NCBI GenBank assembly: GCA_003344405.1 | Contig: NOWV01000123.1 | Location: 1 to 64,000 of the forward strand | Direction: 5' to 3' | Length of the DNA stretch: 64,000 bases | Origin: Trichoplax sp. H2 | Lineage: Eukaryota | Part shown: positions 1-13,116 of the stretch, in pieces | Layout of the letters: each line of letters opens with the position of its first letter | Position numbering within the stretch: position 1 is the stretch's first letter | Notes under the pieces: generated by a model | What the model saw: the letters and a program-made list of their open reading frames with translations, nothing else | Database searches by the model: none | What the model was told of the DNA's origin: nothing | Made by a program: the position numbers and the translations under genes

Positions 1-137
1 ATGCTGTTCTGTATGAACTAAGACGTATTTGAGTAAAGCATTTTCAAGCTATGAGCTTCCTTTTATTGATTCTTGTATCGACAATGTTAAAAATATACAT
101 TAAAATACCACAATGGAGAATCTTGAAAATGCTTCAG

Positions 138-3100
138 TTACATATCAACGCCAGTTATATATCACTCATTAAGAATAAGCGGTATAAAATTGTGAGTAAA
201 CTCGAAATTTTAATTACTGATGTCAAAAGTGTTCCATTACTGCAATACAACTTTACTCTAATATGTAAAACGTCAGAAGTGGTTCTGTTAGGCTGCTCTA
301 ATTGTATTATATTGCGTTTTACGGAGTAGATTCTGCATTCCCTATTAATGTAGTTAGGCAAGTCAATAAGTTAAGATATTTATCGTAGAGTAGAAGTTAT
401 TCTTACATTGCATAATAAACAGTCTGACGATTCCATGGAGTACAACTATACGCATATCAAAGCACTGATCATGACCCAAAAAGTTACCCTTGAAATGATA
501 TAGCTTTGTTACATTATATCATATTGCAATAAGTTCAAACTGCTTCATAGATCAAATAGTCCTTGATCAAGTAAGCAGTTGTAATACAAAAGGTTACTCT
601 TACCATCGGTAAAGGAATGTATGATTTGTCCTATGAAACAGTCCGATTTTATCCTTTATTAACATAGGAATCACTATAATTATACAAAAATTATTCTCGC
701 TGCTATACAAGCTCTTGATTCTATTTTTGTCACAATAATAGTAGTCCATCTAAATTATCATAGTTATTAGACTCAGCAGCCACGGAAACAATAGTATGTC
801 TGAATGACTTCTGCCCTTTATTAGATTCTGTGCTGTCATCACTCCTGTCGCCATTAACAGTTGATTTTGTGTGAATGATCTATGCTTAAAGCCGTATGGA
901 GTGGATCAAATCATGAGAATCCAGTCACTATAGCAACGTTGAATACGTAAAAACAATATGATAGCCAAGAGCAAACGATTATAATAAGAACAAATAATGT
1001 CGATTTAAGGATACAATGACATTAGTATCAATAATAGCATGCTAATAATCAAGGCGACAGCAGGAATAATGAGACAATAGCAGTTACTCTCATTTAAAGC
1101 AAATTTTAACGTATAAAGTAAATATTCTAGACTAATAAATCAGTACAACTTTTATGCTTTACATAGTCCAAAAGATCTTAACAAGGAAAATTTACGGACT
1201 ACTGTAGCAAATATAATCCTCTTAATGTTAGTTTACTTGATTTAACAATAACTAAGATGAGTCTCGATCTTAGATGTTAAATCATTTACAATTCAGTTCA
1301 GAATCAAATGATAATGACAAAATTTCTACATATACGTCGGTGAAGGCAACTACGATAAATGCGACAAGTTATATTAATCCCATCATTAAGAGTGAAGATA
1401 TTTGATTTTCATTTTCTAATTTTGACATGCACAATCGATGTATAGCTAGGGGAAAGCCTGAAAATGTTCGAAAAAAAGTCAGCTCTAAGAGGTTTGTAAT
1501 ACTTGAAACGTTTTCATTTACATTATGAGCGCAGGAAGTTAGATTTTAAACATATACTGTAGAAGCGCAAGGTAAATAACTTAAAATGTTTAACCTGAAT
1601 TAGAAATGCAGACTAAGACTATACACTACAACTAATACGCCTACAGAATGGAGATACGTTTACTGATCTCACCAAATGTTAAAGCATCTTGACACACGGA
1701 TATAAACATATAATATATCTAATCTAGTGAGAAATAATTAACTAGCAAATCCTATCCTATTACTTTGATAATACTAATGCTAAACTTAAAATGCTGATAG
1801 TTTTACATGTCGTCTAAGGCCATTTGAAAAAGGAAAGATCATGCGTGCAATTCTCGAATTTCTATAATCTTCAATAAAGTGAACGAGTATATAAGTTGAT
1901 GTATTCATTTTATTCACAAAATAGTCTGTATATCAGAATGGCCGCGAATATAGCCTAACTCATTTACAAACTACGTAGTTATAGTATTTTTTGGTTCATT
2001 TCCATACACAAATCATAAGTCTATTGATGATAGATTCATTCGCAGTAAATGTATCCTGACATACGAGTAGTAAGTGTAAGTTTTAACTTAGCCATAACTT
2101 GAAATTAAAACCTTATATGTAGTAAATTACTTCAGGAAGAATACTATAGCCTATTAATTACTGGCCTGCGCTTAGTAGTACATTTACCAAATTCTATTTC
2201 GTAATTTTAAAATTCGAAAAATCTGTCGTTACAAACAGTAATAGTAATTTAATTTAATGAATCAACGTCCGTTATTGAATAAGCCGAAATCCTTTCATTA
2301 GAATTTGTAAAAGGTCATAACGAAATTAATCATAAACAGATTAATTTGGTTATGATATATAGTTAAAACGGGATAAATTATCATTCGATCAAAATTCTAT
2401 ATAACCATCATCATAAATGAATCACGGCCATCAACTATCATAGAAACTGTTCCTTTCAATCCTAATAATTTTTTGTACTATAATTATTTACTGGTAAAAT
2501 ATTTTAGTATTACGATTATTTTAGGAATAAAATTATCATTGGCCATAAAGCAAGACCTGTAGGGCTCAAAGTAGTAATTCATTGAGCTAAATCTTACTGC
2601 AATGAAACACAGCTTGAATAACTGCTACTGCATTTTAGCATTTCTAGCATGAATTGTTTCAATCTTGAAACGGTCAGAATAATACATATTGGACTTACTT
2701 ACAACTACCTAACTTTTAAGTCAGTCAATTTTATGCTTCTTCTATTAAAATGTATTCATTAAAAAATAACAGTTGGGTTTTATTGATAAATTGGTATATT
2801 AACGTTGTGTTATTAACTATAGTACCAAAGGTAGCGTACGAAAATCTACGTTTGATAAATTATCCGGTTGGGAAACCGATTCAGATGAAAATTTGGCTTT
2901 CAAACTCGGTAAGTATCTTTAGTATCAAATTGCTCCAAATCCAAATCTAAACTCAGCAACATTAGATCCTTTTATCGCTATGTTAGCTTTATATTATAAA
3001 TAAACAAAATCACTACTAAATGATTGATGCTTGAATAAATTAATTAAAAATATACCACAGCAGAATAGAATGTATGTGTAAAATACGAGCATAAAATCAA

Positions 3101-5290
3101 GCCGAAATATTAAAATTAAAATATCTAATAATTTTAATATCCAGTAATGAATGTTAGCATTACTTTTTTTTGAAAGTAAACATGGTATCTAAGACACAAA
3201 TTTATGAGATTGTATAAATAAGATGAATATATTAATTTCTGATATTCGTCATTATAGAAATTGCAGAGTGGCAAAAAGATGGTAAAGGAAAATTGATATC
3301 GAATGGTAAGTTGATGACACTGGTGCAATGCGAAACTATCGTAAAGCAATCAATAGGTCTAGGCTATGATACCAAATAAACTAATATGAGTGTCTCACTC
3401 CTCGAAATAGTATAAAAATACATATAAGTACTTATGACGATATATATACGAGTGTATCAGCTACAGCTATATCCAAGAATGGATGTAGCCTAATCATTCT
3501 TTAATATTACATGCGTTAAATGATACTTTAAATGCAGGATAAATTTACACATATTACTTTACTCTTTTCAATCTTTGTTGCCATGTAAGAAATATTATGC
3601 GTATAGCACAAATTAATTAAACTACCTATATAAGTATATATATATATGAACGTGACCGTATGCGAAGTATACATAGTATTATAAGAAACTAATTAGTTTT
3701 CGTTCACTGAAACTGTCACTTTTTAGCTTATTCTGAAATTTGTCAGCTAGTTCAACTACTAACCCTTGAAGGCTTATCACAAGTATACAAAAATGACGTC
3801 ATAGCAATTCTTGATGATAACAAAGATGATAGTAAGCAAAATCGTGAGGGTAACGACGATAAATTAAGTTATAATGCATCGGAAGAGCAGAGAAAATGTA
3901 ACCAATCAAAATTTAAAGCCAATCTGGATAAGATTTATCAACTAGGTCAGCCTTCTAATGAGGAAAAAATAACAGATGAAAGTAGACCTGCGGCAAAGCA
4001 GAGTAAAAGTAGCAACTCTAAGTCGTTATCGAAGCATAATCAGACTAAGTTGCAGGAACAAGCTGGGCCAGAGAAAAATTTCAACGTATCCCTTCCAAGT
4101 AGTAGTAGTGGATGTAGCATCAATTCTAATAAAAATAGTAATCGGTATAAGCTAAATGATGATATGGACCACGGTGATAAGAACTCTCAATCATCTAATT
4201 TAAAATCAAAAGATACTGACAAGAAAGTTAACGAAAGTGAGAAAATTAAAACCGAAATCGATGAATTGAAAGCTATAATTTCAGAAGGTACTAGTTGTAA
4301 ATCACCATTTCGGCATGATTCTGTTGATTCTGAAAACAATTCTAACATTAGCTCATGTGGAGAACCGATAGAACTTGCAATTTGGCCATCAGAAAATAAT
4401 AAAGAAAGAATATGTAGCTGTGATAAATGTGATAATTTCGCTCATAGCTATCCTTATTACTACTTTAAGCCATCTGTAGCAGGATCAAACTTAGTTATGA
4501 AACGAATATGCCCACATTCACGACCTATAACAGCATTAAATAAGTCACTCACAAATAACCAGCGAGATGATACGAAAAAAATTACGAACAAGATATCACG
4601 AGAAGATTTTCAAGCTATCATGGAAAACAAGCCTGAGCAAAATATCAAGCGTAGAGTGAGATCAGCTAACTCTTTAAATCCCTATCATGCCAGTAGCTAC
4701 CCAATTCCTCCAGCCACCCCATCATCTTCACCTCGCCCTCATTTATTAATGACAAACCAGAAACGAAAGTTTTCAGCAACATTAGGCAGATTTATTAGCA
4801 TAAGCAATCAGAATGATAAGATTAAATCAGATCAACAAATACTAGACCCCAGCCAATACCGAGAGTGGAATTATACAACTCCTTACCGCTTTAAAACCTT
4901 AATATCTGGCAATAAAGTACGGCTGCATCAATTGCGAATGAAAGCAAGTCCTTCCAAAAATTCTATTAAGAAAATGTCTCCTAGTAGTCAGGAAATTCGT
5001 ATAATCCAGGAACGTAAGGTAGATCTTACATGATTTAGATTTCCTTTTATTACTGGTAATAACTAACTAAATCGTATGACTTCATAATCAAATAAGTCAT
5101 TAAACTGAATGCAAACAGTATGTACTAATGTAATACCAATAATTTCATTTATCATTAAACGTAGTTTCAAGAAATAAGGGGACAGAAACATCAAAAAAAT
5201 TCACGAATCAATAACGTCAAGCATTTGCAGCCTTTCCAGCTTAAGAAACAAACGCAATCCAAAGCAACTATCAATTTTCGTAAACAGTAA
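138..5290 (+). CDS. Spliced gene for an unknown, largely low-complexity (Ser/Asn/Lys-rich) protein; the 5' end probably lies upstream of the window
   Basis: Phase-consistent GT-AG exons 138-191 (tentative), 1167-1226, 1450-1491, 2823-2908, 3258-3305, 3727-5018 and 5165-5290 read through as ...PKDLNKENLRTTVANIILLMGKPENVRKKVSSKSTKGSVRKSTFDKLSGWETDSDENLAFKLEIAEWQKDGKGKLISNAYSEICQLV...QERKFQEIRGQK...NFRKQ*. The long exon contains ORF 4050-5033. No domain recognised. Confidence 0.75.
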
Positions 5291-5964
5291 ATACTAAATG
5301 CCCGTTAAAGTATAGGCGTGATTATAATCTTAATTATTCACTTATATTTAAATGATGCAAAAATCTACAGGTATTCATTCAAGAGCGAATTATCTTGGAT
5401 AAATTTATATTTAGGGATAATAACTCTGATCAATCAATATCTTGGAGTGTTCATGGCCAATGTCAAGAATATTATTCATGCTACGTTATGCCATCAACGC
5501 TGCCTAGCCATAAGTTACCCATGAGGTATCGTATAACGTAAAAGCAAATCCTAATACCTTAACAATATAATTTGTTCCTAGCTTTTAGCAAATTTAATTA
5601 GTCCATAGAACCTTCATAGATCATTAAAGAAATTGATCTGTTTTCTAGGATATCTATCTACAGTAGCTTTAAGTGCAACTTGCAGTATAGCATTTCATAT
5701 AAATTTATGCAATTCTTGTTGCCTATACTGTACGTATTATCTGGCATAATGTCGCCTTAAGGTGTAATGCTAAAATTTTATTTATCGACATTCAAGGCCA
5801 ACTGCCTATCATGGATACTCTATTCCCTCACCTAGATGATAAGTAATCTGGTTATAGAATGGCACTGCCGTATCTTATAGATCTAGCCGTGGACCCTTCA
5901 ATAAGTTCTCATGATATTATTTTACACTACTTATAGTAGACCTATTAAACTATTAGCTGAAAAA

Positions 5965-6185
5965 TGTTATACGCCGGTTTAATAATGAATTATTCAAACG
6001 GAATCTTCGCAAATTTCTTTCTCAAATTAGAGCACTAGATCTTCAAGTTGATATGCCTTTTATTATATTATCAATAGTGTTAAGCGACGGTTTAATAATA
6101 AATTATTCAAATGAAATCTCCACAAGTTTCTCAACTATTTCTTTCTTAAATTAGAGCACTAAACCTTCGAGTTGATATGTCTTTC
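5965..6185. repeat. Imperfect tandem duplication, period about 113 bp
   Basis: cggtttaataat(g/a)aattattcaaa...aaattagagcacta...agttgatatg(c/t)cttt starts at 5975 and again at 6088. The second copy has a short insertion. Confidence 0.85.
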
Positions 6186-8845
6186 ATAACCAATAATTCA
6201 TTTGAATTCTTTATTAATCAGTCAGTGACTACATGTAAGAGTATCTTCACGAGCTTTAAATTATAAGTAAACACTTTATTTATCATATTTAAAAATGAAT
6301 CATTAACGGTATCTCAATACTATTGTTATGGTTTCAATTAAAACGCTTGCGTAAAAATTAGAGCACGTCTTCAGGATATTATCATATTATCAGGAAATGA
6401 AATATAAATACAAAAAAACAGATCTTGTCATAATTTGCTAATAATTCGATAAACTAATTGAAAATATTTATGTTTAAAAATTCAATCGCTAACGGTCATA
6501 TCACATTCTATCAATGTGCTTCCGTAAGATAAAGATATATTATTATAAATATTGAACTAATGTTAACGAAATCTTTTTGATGCTATTACCATTACGAAAT
6601 CAAAGCTATACTTCTCTTTCATCCTTTTTACTTCCTTTTATCCATTACCATAACATAAAATTAAAGCTACCTTAAGAACTATGTCACCACTTACAATATT
6701 TAAATGTTTATTATATTTTAATAACAAATCTTCTATGATCTTGGGAAAATACTTTTAAAAGATCGGAATAAAAGGCAAGTCATCTTGCATAATGAAATAA
6801 CAAATTTTTATCGTGCAATCCTGCCGATTCTAATTTATGATTTTATTATATCTCTCTTTTATGATAAGAAGAAATTCAATAAAGAATTACAAATTTAATA
6901 GATTGGTATTAGAAAGACTAATTAGGGTGTAGCTTTCACAGACCATTTACTCATTTCTCTCTCAGCTCAAGTCTGTAGATAGCTATTATCATAGCGCATG
7001 TAAGTAATTAAATTCTCACATGTTGAGCTGAGCTCATACTAACCGAATTCAGACTAAAATGGCTGACTTATTTACTAAGATTGCTACTCTATATAGCGGA
7101 CCTGCTTGAACTAAAATATCGTAAAGAGGCTCTAGAGCAGCTGCTGCTATTTCCTCAAAAGTACTCTTTGTATGTGTGTAGCAGTTTCAGCTAATTACAG
7201 TAGTAATTGAAGTATGGCAGCATTAAGACGTAGAATAGTCTACTATACTTATAAGATAATTTCATGATTGCTGATGATGAAACGGTGTAATTATACTATT
7301 CTTACAATGTGTGTATATACAGCCACAGTAGTCGGATATGTGAGGCGATGTTTTTGTGCAGCGTCTTGATATAACTGTTAGATAATATGGAATTGGTATC
7401 GGGAGACGAAGTCGATTATCCGATTTATCGTAGGCGCTTTCGACTGTTATTATGAGGGAAGAAAAGTGGATTCTTCTCTTGTCAAGCGTTCTATTAATAA
7501 ACGGATATTTTTAAGGTTAAACACGGTGTTTGTCTGATCTTGTGTCATGTTAGAGATTTACTCAATTTTAATAACTCAGATTTTGAGTTAGACGATTGCG
7601 AATCTAAGGGATTATAAAACCCAAGCACTACATAATTTGGCGCCGCGAGTAACGTAGTTATTCTGTGTCATAGATACTGCACTAATCTTCGTACTTTTGA
7701 GGAGGGAGGGAGCGTTATGGATTTATTAAAACGAGCACTGCACGGCATATATGACTATAAAATAGAGAGACAAATAGGCTAATTACGAACATCTAATACC
7801 CAACAAAATCTCATACAGAATTAACTTAAAAGAGACTTTTGATATTTATGTACCTTTCATCGATAAAATTTGATAACTTTATAGTCATAAATTTGATATT
7901 GTCCGTAAAATACTTCCTTTACAGCATCCTTTAGATCTGGTACTGTCAACTCTCATACTTTGATTAACAAATTAAATTTTTGTGTTGCAATATTCTTTAA
8001 TTAACTATTAATAATAATTATAATCGTCGCAACTATGAAACTTTATCAATATTGGGGCAATCTTGTACGTCTGATTAATAAATCGTTAGATATGTTAAAT
8101 ATGACTAATTAGCGGAATTATTGCACTAATCATATTCTATATTTCGATACTGTCCTAATGAGTCATTCTATTAGACTATTTATCAATTAATTGATATAAC
8201 GTAAGTCGATATAAAAATACGTACTTAGCTATTAGTCCAGTAACTATGATATCTCGTGGGCAATCTTTAAGTGTTTAAATACTGTCTTGACCATCTGATT
8301 TACGATCTGGGGTTTAAGCTTGTATGTATACAGCGGAATATTATCTCGATTAAAGAATCTATTGATACCATAGCTTGAGCAACATCCTTAAAAGTCATAT
8401 TCTAATCCTGTCCTAATTAGACAATCTATTACTTGTCATATGTGTAAGGTCAGCTCTTTAAATAATAGAACACTGACTCAATTAGCAATCTATTTTAAAA
8501 ATCTCGAGGTCAATCTTCAATGCTAGTATGCTATTTTGGTCATTCAATTTATCATTCGCGATATCTCAATACGTATCTTTCGAATCGGTTTTATAATATC
8601 ATCTTCATCAGAAGATCAATTTTATAATAGGTTCATCAAGATTAATTCTTTACATATAGAAACACTATCTGGATTAACAAACCTATTACGTACACTATCT
8701 CAAGGTCAATCCTACAATATTGAAACACCATCTTGATTATTCAATTCATTACTTATAACATCTACATTCAAAACGTCCATTTTCGAAGACTGCTTGATTT
8801 AATGATTCGAGGGCATTCCGTTTATTTTACCTTGTAAGGTAGAAA

Positions 8846-10823
8846 ATGGATACGCCGAAATCAGTTTGCAGGACCGAGGCCATCTATAGAAATAAGGATA
8901 TTGTTAATGTTTTCTTTACAATGATTGAAGAATGCAATGGCGATCAAAACACAGTTCGTCGCTATCGTTGTAGCTGCGGAACAATTCGCAAGCAAAATAC
9001 TCGTTATGGCTACACTAATTTAATCAATCATATTTACCGTAGTCATGTAGATTGGCGCGATGTCATGGCTTCAGTTTATGGCTACTATACTTCCAAAGAT
9101 AACCGAAAATCCATTTCCAATCAATTCCTTAATAATGCTTTTGTGTGGATTGAATGGATAGTAATGGAAAATCGAGAAATTTGGCTATCAGAAAGTAAAT
9201 GGACCAAAAAAAATACAATGTTAAAAGATGTTTCCATAACAATTATTATAAAATACATTGCACTACTAGCAAATGAAGTTGAAAAGATTTTGACGCAAAA
9301 TTTATCTGATCGCTTAGGCATTGTAATAGATGATAAAGTAGATGATTCTAGTCAATACATTGCAATTTATGCCTTCAATTCACAGCAAAATCAAGAACAA
9401 GAAAATCCAGAAAAACATCCACAACTCCATTACTACCTATTAGATATATTACATCCAATTGTTCATGACTTATCGACAGAAAACTTCCGTAATTTAATCT
9501 GTTCCATCCTGCACCGTTATTCCAAAGATTTCAGTTGCATTTCCTATTTTGTAGGTGCAACATGCGAGAAGAATAAAGCCCTTGCTGAAAGTATCGGTAA
9601 ACCGTTAATTGCTTGTGCATGTTACCGTTTAAACTTAGCTATTAAACACTACCTAGGTGAAGAACAGTCCTTAATTAACCGTCTATTAGTCTTTATGACA
9701 AAACTAAACAATACCAAGATGATGGCATCGTTACAAAGAACTGGAAATTTGGCTGTCATATTAAGTAAGACGATGCAATGGTCATCCACCTTTCAAATGA
9801 TTAGTCATTATTTCGAGTTAAAGCCCTATTTAGACCTTCAAGATNNNNNNNNNNNNNNNNNNNNATTACTTATTACTTCTGTGAACACATTGTTCTGCAC
9901 AGAGTCTACAACAAGTATAATTAGACTACTAATAATGTTATAATTACCCCATAGTTAATAAATAAATGTTGTTGCCAATTAATAAAATCTTAATTACTAT
10001 TTACCAAGGCTAATGCCACAATTAATTGATGGAGTCTATACTCCGTCACAACCGTCTATTAGTCTTTATGACAAAACTAAACAATACCAAGATGATGGCA
10101 TCGTTACGAAGAACTGGAAATTTGGCTGTCATATTAAGTAAGACGATGCAATGGTCATCCACCTTTCAAATGATTAGTCATTGTTTCGAGTTAAAGCCCT
10201 ATTTAGACCTTCAAGATCCTGAGTTAGCCAAGTTACTGCCATCGCCTAAAGACGATGTTAAGTTAACGGAAAAGATGAAAGATTTAGCAGCATTTGAATC
10301 AGTCTACCACAAATTACTCTACTCGCCAGATATTGATCATAATACTTTACGACAATTATTTGACGCCTTGATCCGACAATTCCCTCAACTCGACCTCTAC
10401 CTAGCCGCAGATTCAGTGCGTGTTTATAGTGTTGCTTTTGAAACAGGAATTGCCAAAATTATTACGGGACAAGAACCGAGTTTGACAAAAGATGAACAGG
10501 AGGTTTGCCAACCCTTTAGAGTTACAGACGATACTGCGGATAAATCTGCTATGGATTCTATTATAAATGATAACCTCTCGTTTGCTGAGAAGGTCTTGTC
10601 AAAGCAAACATCGAAGGTAACGAAGTCTTCCGCATATGAAGATGTATCTTATATACCAGTTATGTCCACTGTAACTCAGCAATTAACCCGTAATAATATC
10701 ATTGATCTAACTAAGAGCAATGATGTCATGAATCCCATTTACTTACGGTGTATCTTTCTAAAGCTGAATCGCCGTTTGTGGGATTTACCATTACTCAAGA
10801 AAGTAGTTCACAGATCAACTTAA
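8846..10823 (+). CDS. Intronless BED-type zinc finger / hAT-transposase-derived protein (about 534 aa when 8846-9844 is joined to 10218-10823 across the gap); catalytic residues degenerate
   Basis: N-terminal YRCSCGTIRKQ...GYTNLINHIYRSH (CxC...HxxxH BED-like). hAT-like motifs GIVIDD, YFVGATC, CACYRLNL and QWSSTFQM, plus a C-terminal dimerisation-like segment (IPVMSTVTQQL...LKLNRRLW). The two ORFs overlap by a near-identical 167 bp (9678-9844 vs 10051-10217). Confidence 0.85.
9865..10050 (-). mobile_element. Probable terminal fragment of an LTR-like element inserted in one allele of the hAT-derived gene
   Basis: Unrelated sequence after the gap ends in ...ccgtcaca (reverse complement TGTGAC, the same start as the element at 49407) exactly where the transposase sequence resumes. 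Confidence 0.55.
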
Positions 10824-13116
10824 CTGAAATATAAGAGTCCAGAAAGCTTGCTCTGTGGCTTACTCTGTGGCATCATTTTCTAACCTAATATATAAATCTG
10901 TAAATTGTCAACAGTAATCAATTTATAATTAATTTGTAGGGGAAATCTAGCTATATAATTTACTGGCTCAAATTAATCAGTTTATTGATTCATTTACAAG
11001 CAAAATCAGAATCTAAGGTCTACAATCACAATACTGGTATGTTATTCTGCGCTATTGAAAGATGTGGTGCAAGAATCTGTAATAAAATCAAGTTAACCAA
11101 TGAACTTGCTCTACTTTAGATATCGCATATTCGAAACTTGGCTTATAAATCGCTGGTTTATGTAATTAATTGATTCCTTACAGGTATATGAATCACTGAT
11201 ATATTATTATCTAACATGATGTACTCATCTATTTACAGTAGAAAGGAAAACTGATTCATCTATTGATAGTAGTAGGAAAAATCGAAAAATCACGCTATTT
11301 AATTTACTGGCTCTCGTAAATTCTTCTGCATTTTCTTTAGATTTGATGTTAGAATTAGTTGATGTAAAAATTTGTCTGTTGATAGTGGAAATTAATTGAT
11401 TAATTGGTTAAGTTGTACGTAAATTAGGATCTCGAGATATGAGATACACTTTAGCTTGTGTTACTGAACGCTACCTTTTAACTTGATTTAGTTTAATATA
11501 ATCCTATTGTATCGTATACTTATTTTAGTCACAAGGAAAAAATTATAGCATAAAATTTATTAACCCTCACTGGGTGAAAAAAAATCGCAACGTTAGTGTT
11601 AAAGTAACAGATAAATTTACTAATATTACAACCAAGCTACCACAAAATTGATTACCATTGAATTTTCATAATCACTAATTGTCGTAGTAAAAATAAACTT
11701 CTAATTTGACTACATTGCTCGGTATGTCCTATTTCGAAATGTACATTAAATCAAAGCATAGTACATCACAAATAGAAATCCTTCATTTCGTTTCATATTG
11801 CTTCTTATAGCATTAAACCAATTTTTTCGATGCAAGTAAGAAGCAAATTAAGCGCCACATCAAATTACAACCACAAAATGTAATAAAATGTTATCAGATT
11901 AACTTCAGATTTGTAATCATGTATACTTATCGAGACGAAAAGCGATATCGATATCATTAAATCAACTTTACGTTATCACATTTGATTTGCTAGGTAGCAT
12001 GAACTACATAGGCGAAAAAAATTGATAAATATCATCGGATTAATCTTAAGCTACTCTATACAATCTAATAATTGTTGCAAAAAACGGAAGATAAAAATCT
12101 TATTAAATAACTTTAGACGACAGTATTAAATTAGATTCATAATCTATTTCATCAGGCTATTAAGACGAAAAATCTTTAAATATCATTGTATCAATCTCAA
12201 TACATCCTACTTGATTCATTAGCTGCTACACCGGGCTATTTAAACAAAAGATGTTCAAATAGTACTTTATCAACAAACGACTATCCTATTCGGTTGAAGA
12301 AATATTTTATCAGGTTAATAATGCTTCAATATTAATAGTATTAGCTCAGTTTCAAATTATCTCATCTAGCTTATAATCTAGTTAAGAATGCTCTACGTTC
12401 AAATTCTATTTGACATAAAATTAATTAATTGGATAAGCCAAAGTTAAAATTCAACCAGTAGACAAATAGGGATAGCTGAGATTTTCGTCGACAAATCTAT
12501 CATAAGCTTAATTAAATCTTCAGTATTCTACAGAAGTATCTGTGACTAAATCTTTCTATATGGGCTGTTATGAAATGAGATTTTAGTTAGTTATGTTGAT
12601 GCAGTCTCTATAGTATTAGCTCATTACAACTTTAACTTATTCTGTTTGACTATAGTAGCACAATCATTTAGGCATAAAATTTGCAGTATATAAGTTCATA
12701 GAAGAGATTATTGATTAAATAGTTGCCTGAATGCATTCTGATGTGTTATCATTTGTTATGAATTACATATCGGCTGTTATCCTATTTACAACAATGCTAT
12801 CGCATTCGTTGGTATTAGCAATATGCCGCTAGTAAACCGTTAGCTTTGTTCGACTGTATAACGGTATAGTATGGACAATAAAGTTTAATTCAATACTCTA
12901 GCTCTACTGGACTCGTCTGGAGATTTCTAGCAAATCTTCCTTGTTAAAAAGTGCAAGATTTTCGAAAACGTAACAATGGCATTATACAGGATGAAGTAAT
13001 TGGCTAACATTTCACTTCCGGAGACAAGATGAATATCCTATCAGCCCGAAGTAGATAGAAACAAAGCCTCAAAATATAGAAGAAATACCCATTTAAAGTA
13101 AGAAAAGATTGTAAAC

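Noticed and set aside
10026-10823. A separate second transposase gene starting MMESILRH
   Set aside because: Its first codons come from the foreign 9865-10050 sequence; the rest is the C-terminal continuation of the 8846 ORF.
6926-12232. ggtgtagc/gctacacc as hAT terminal inverted repeats around the transposase
   Set aside because: Only an 8-bp match with no 8-bp TSD, which is expected by chance.
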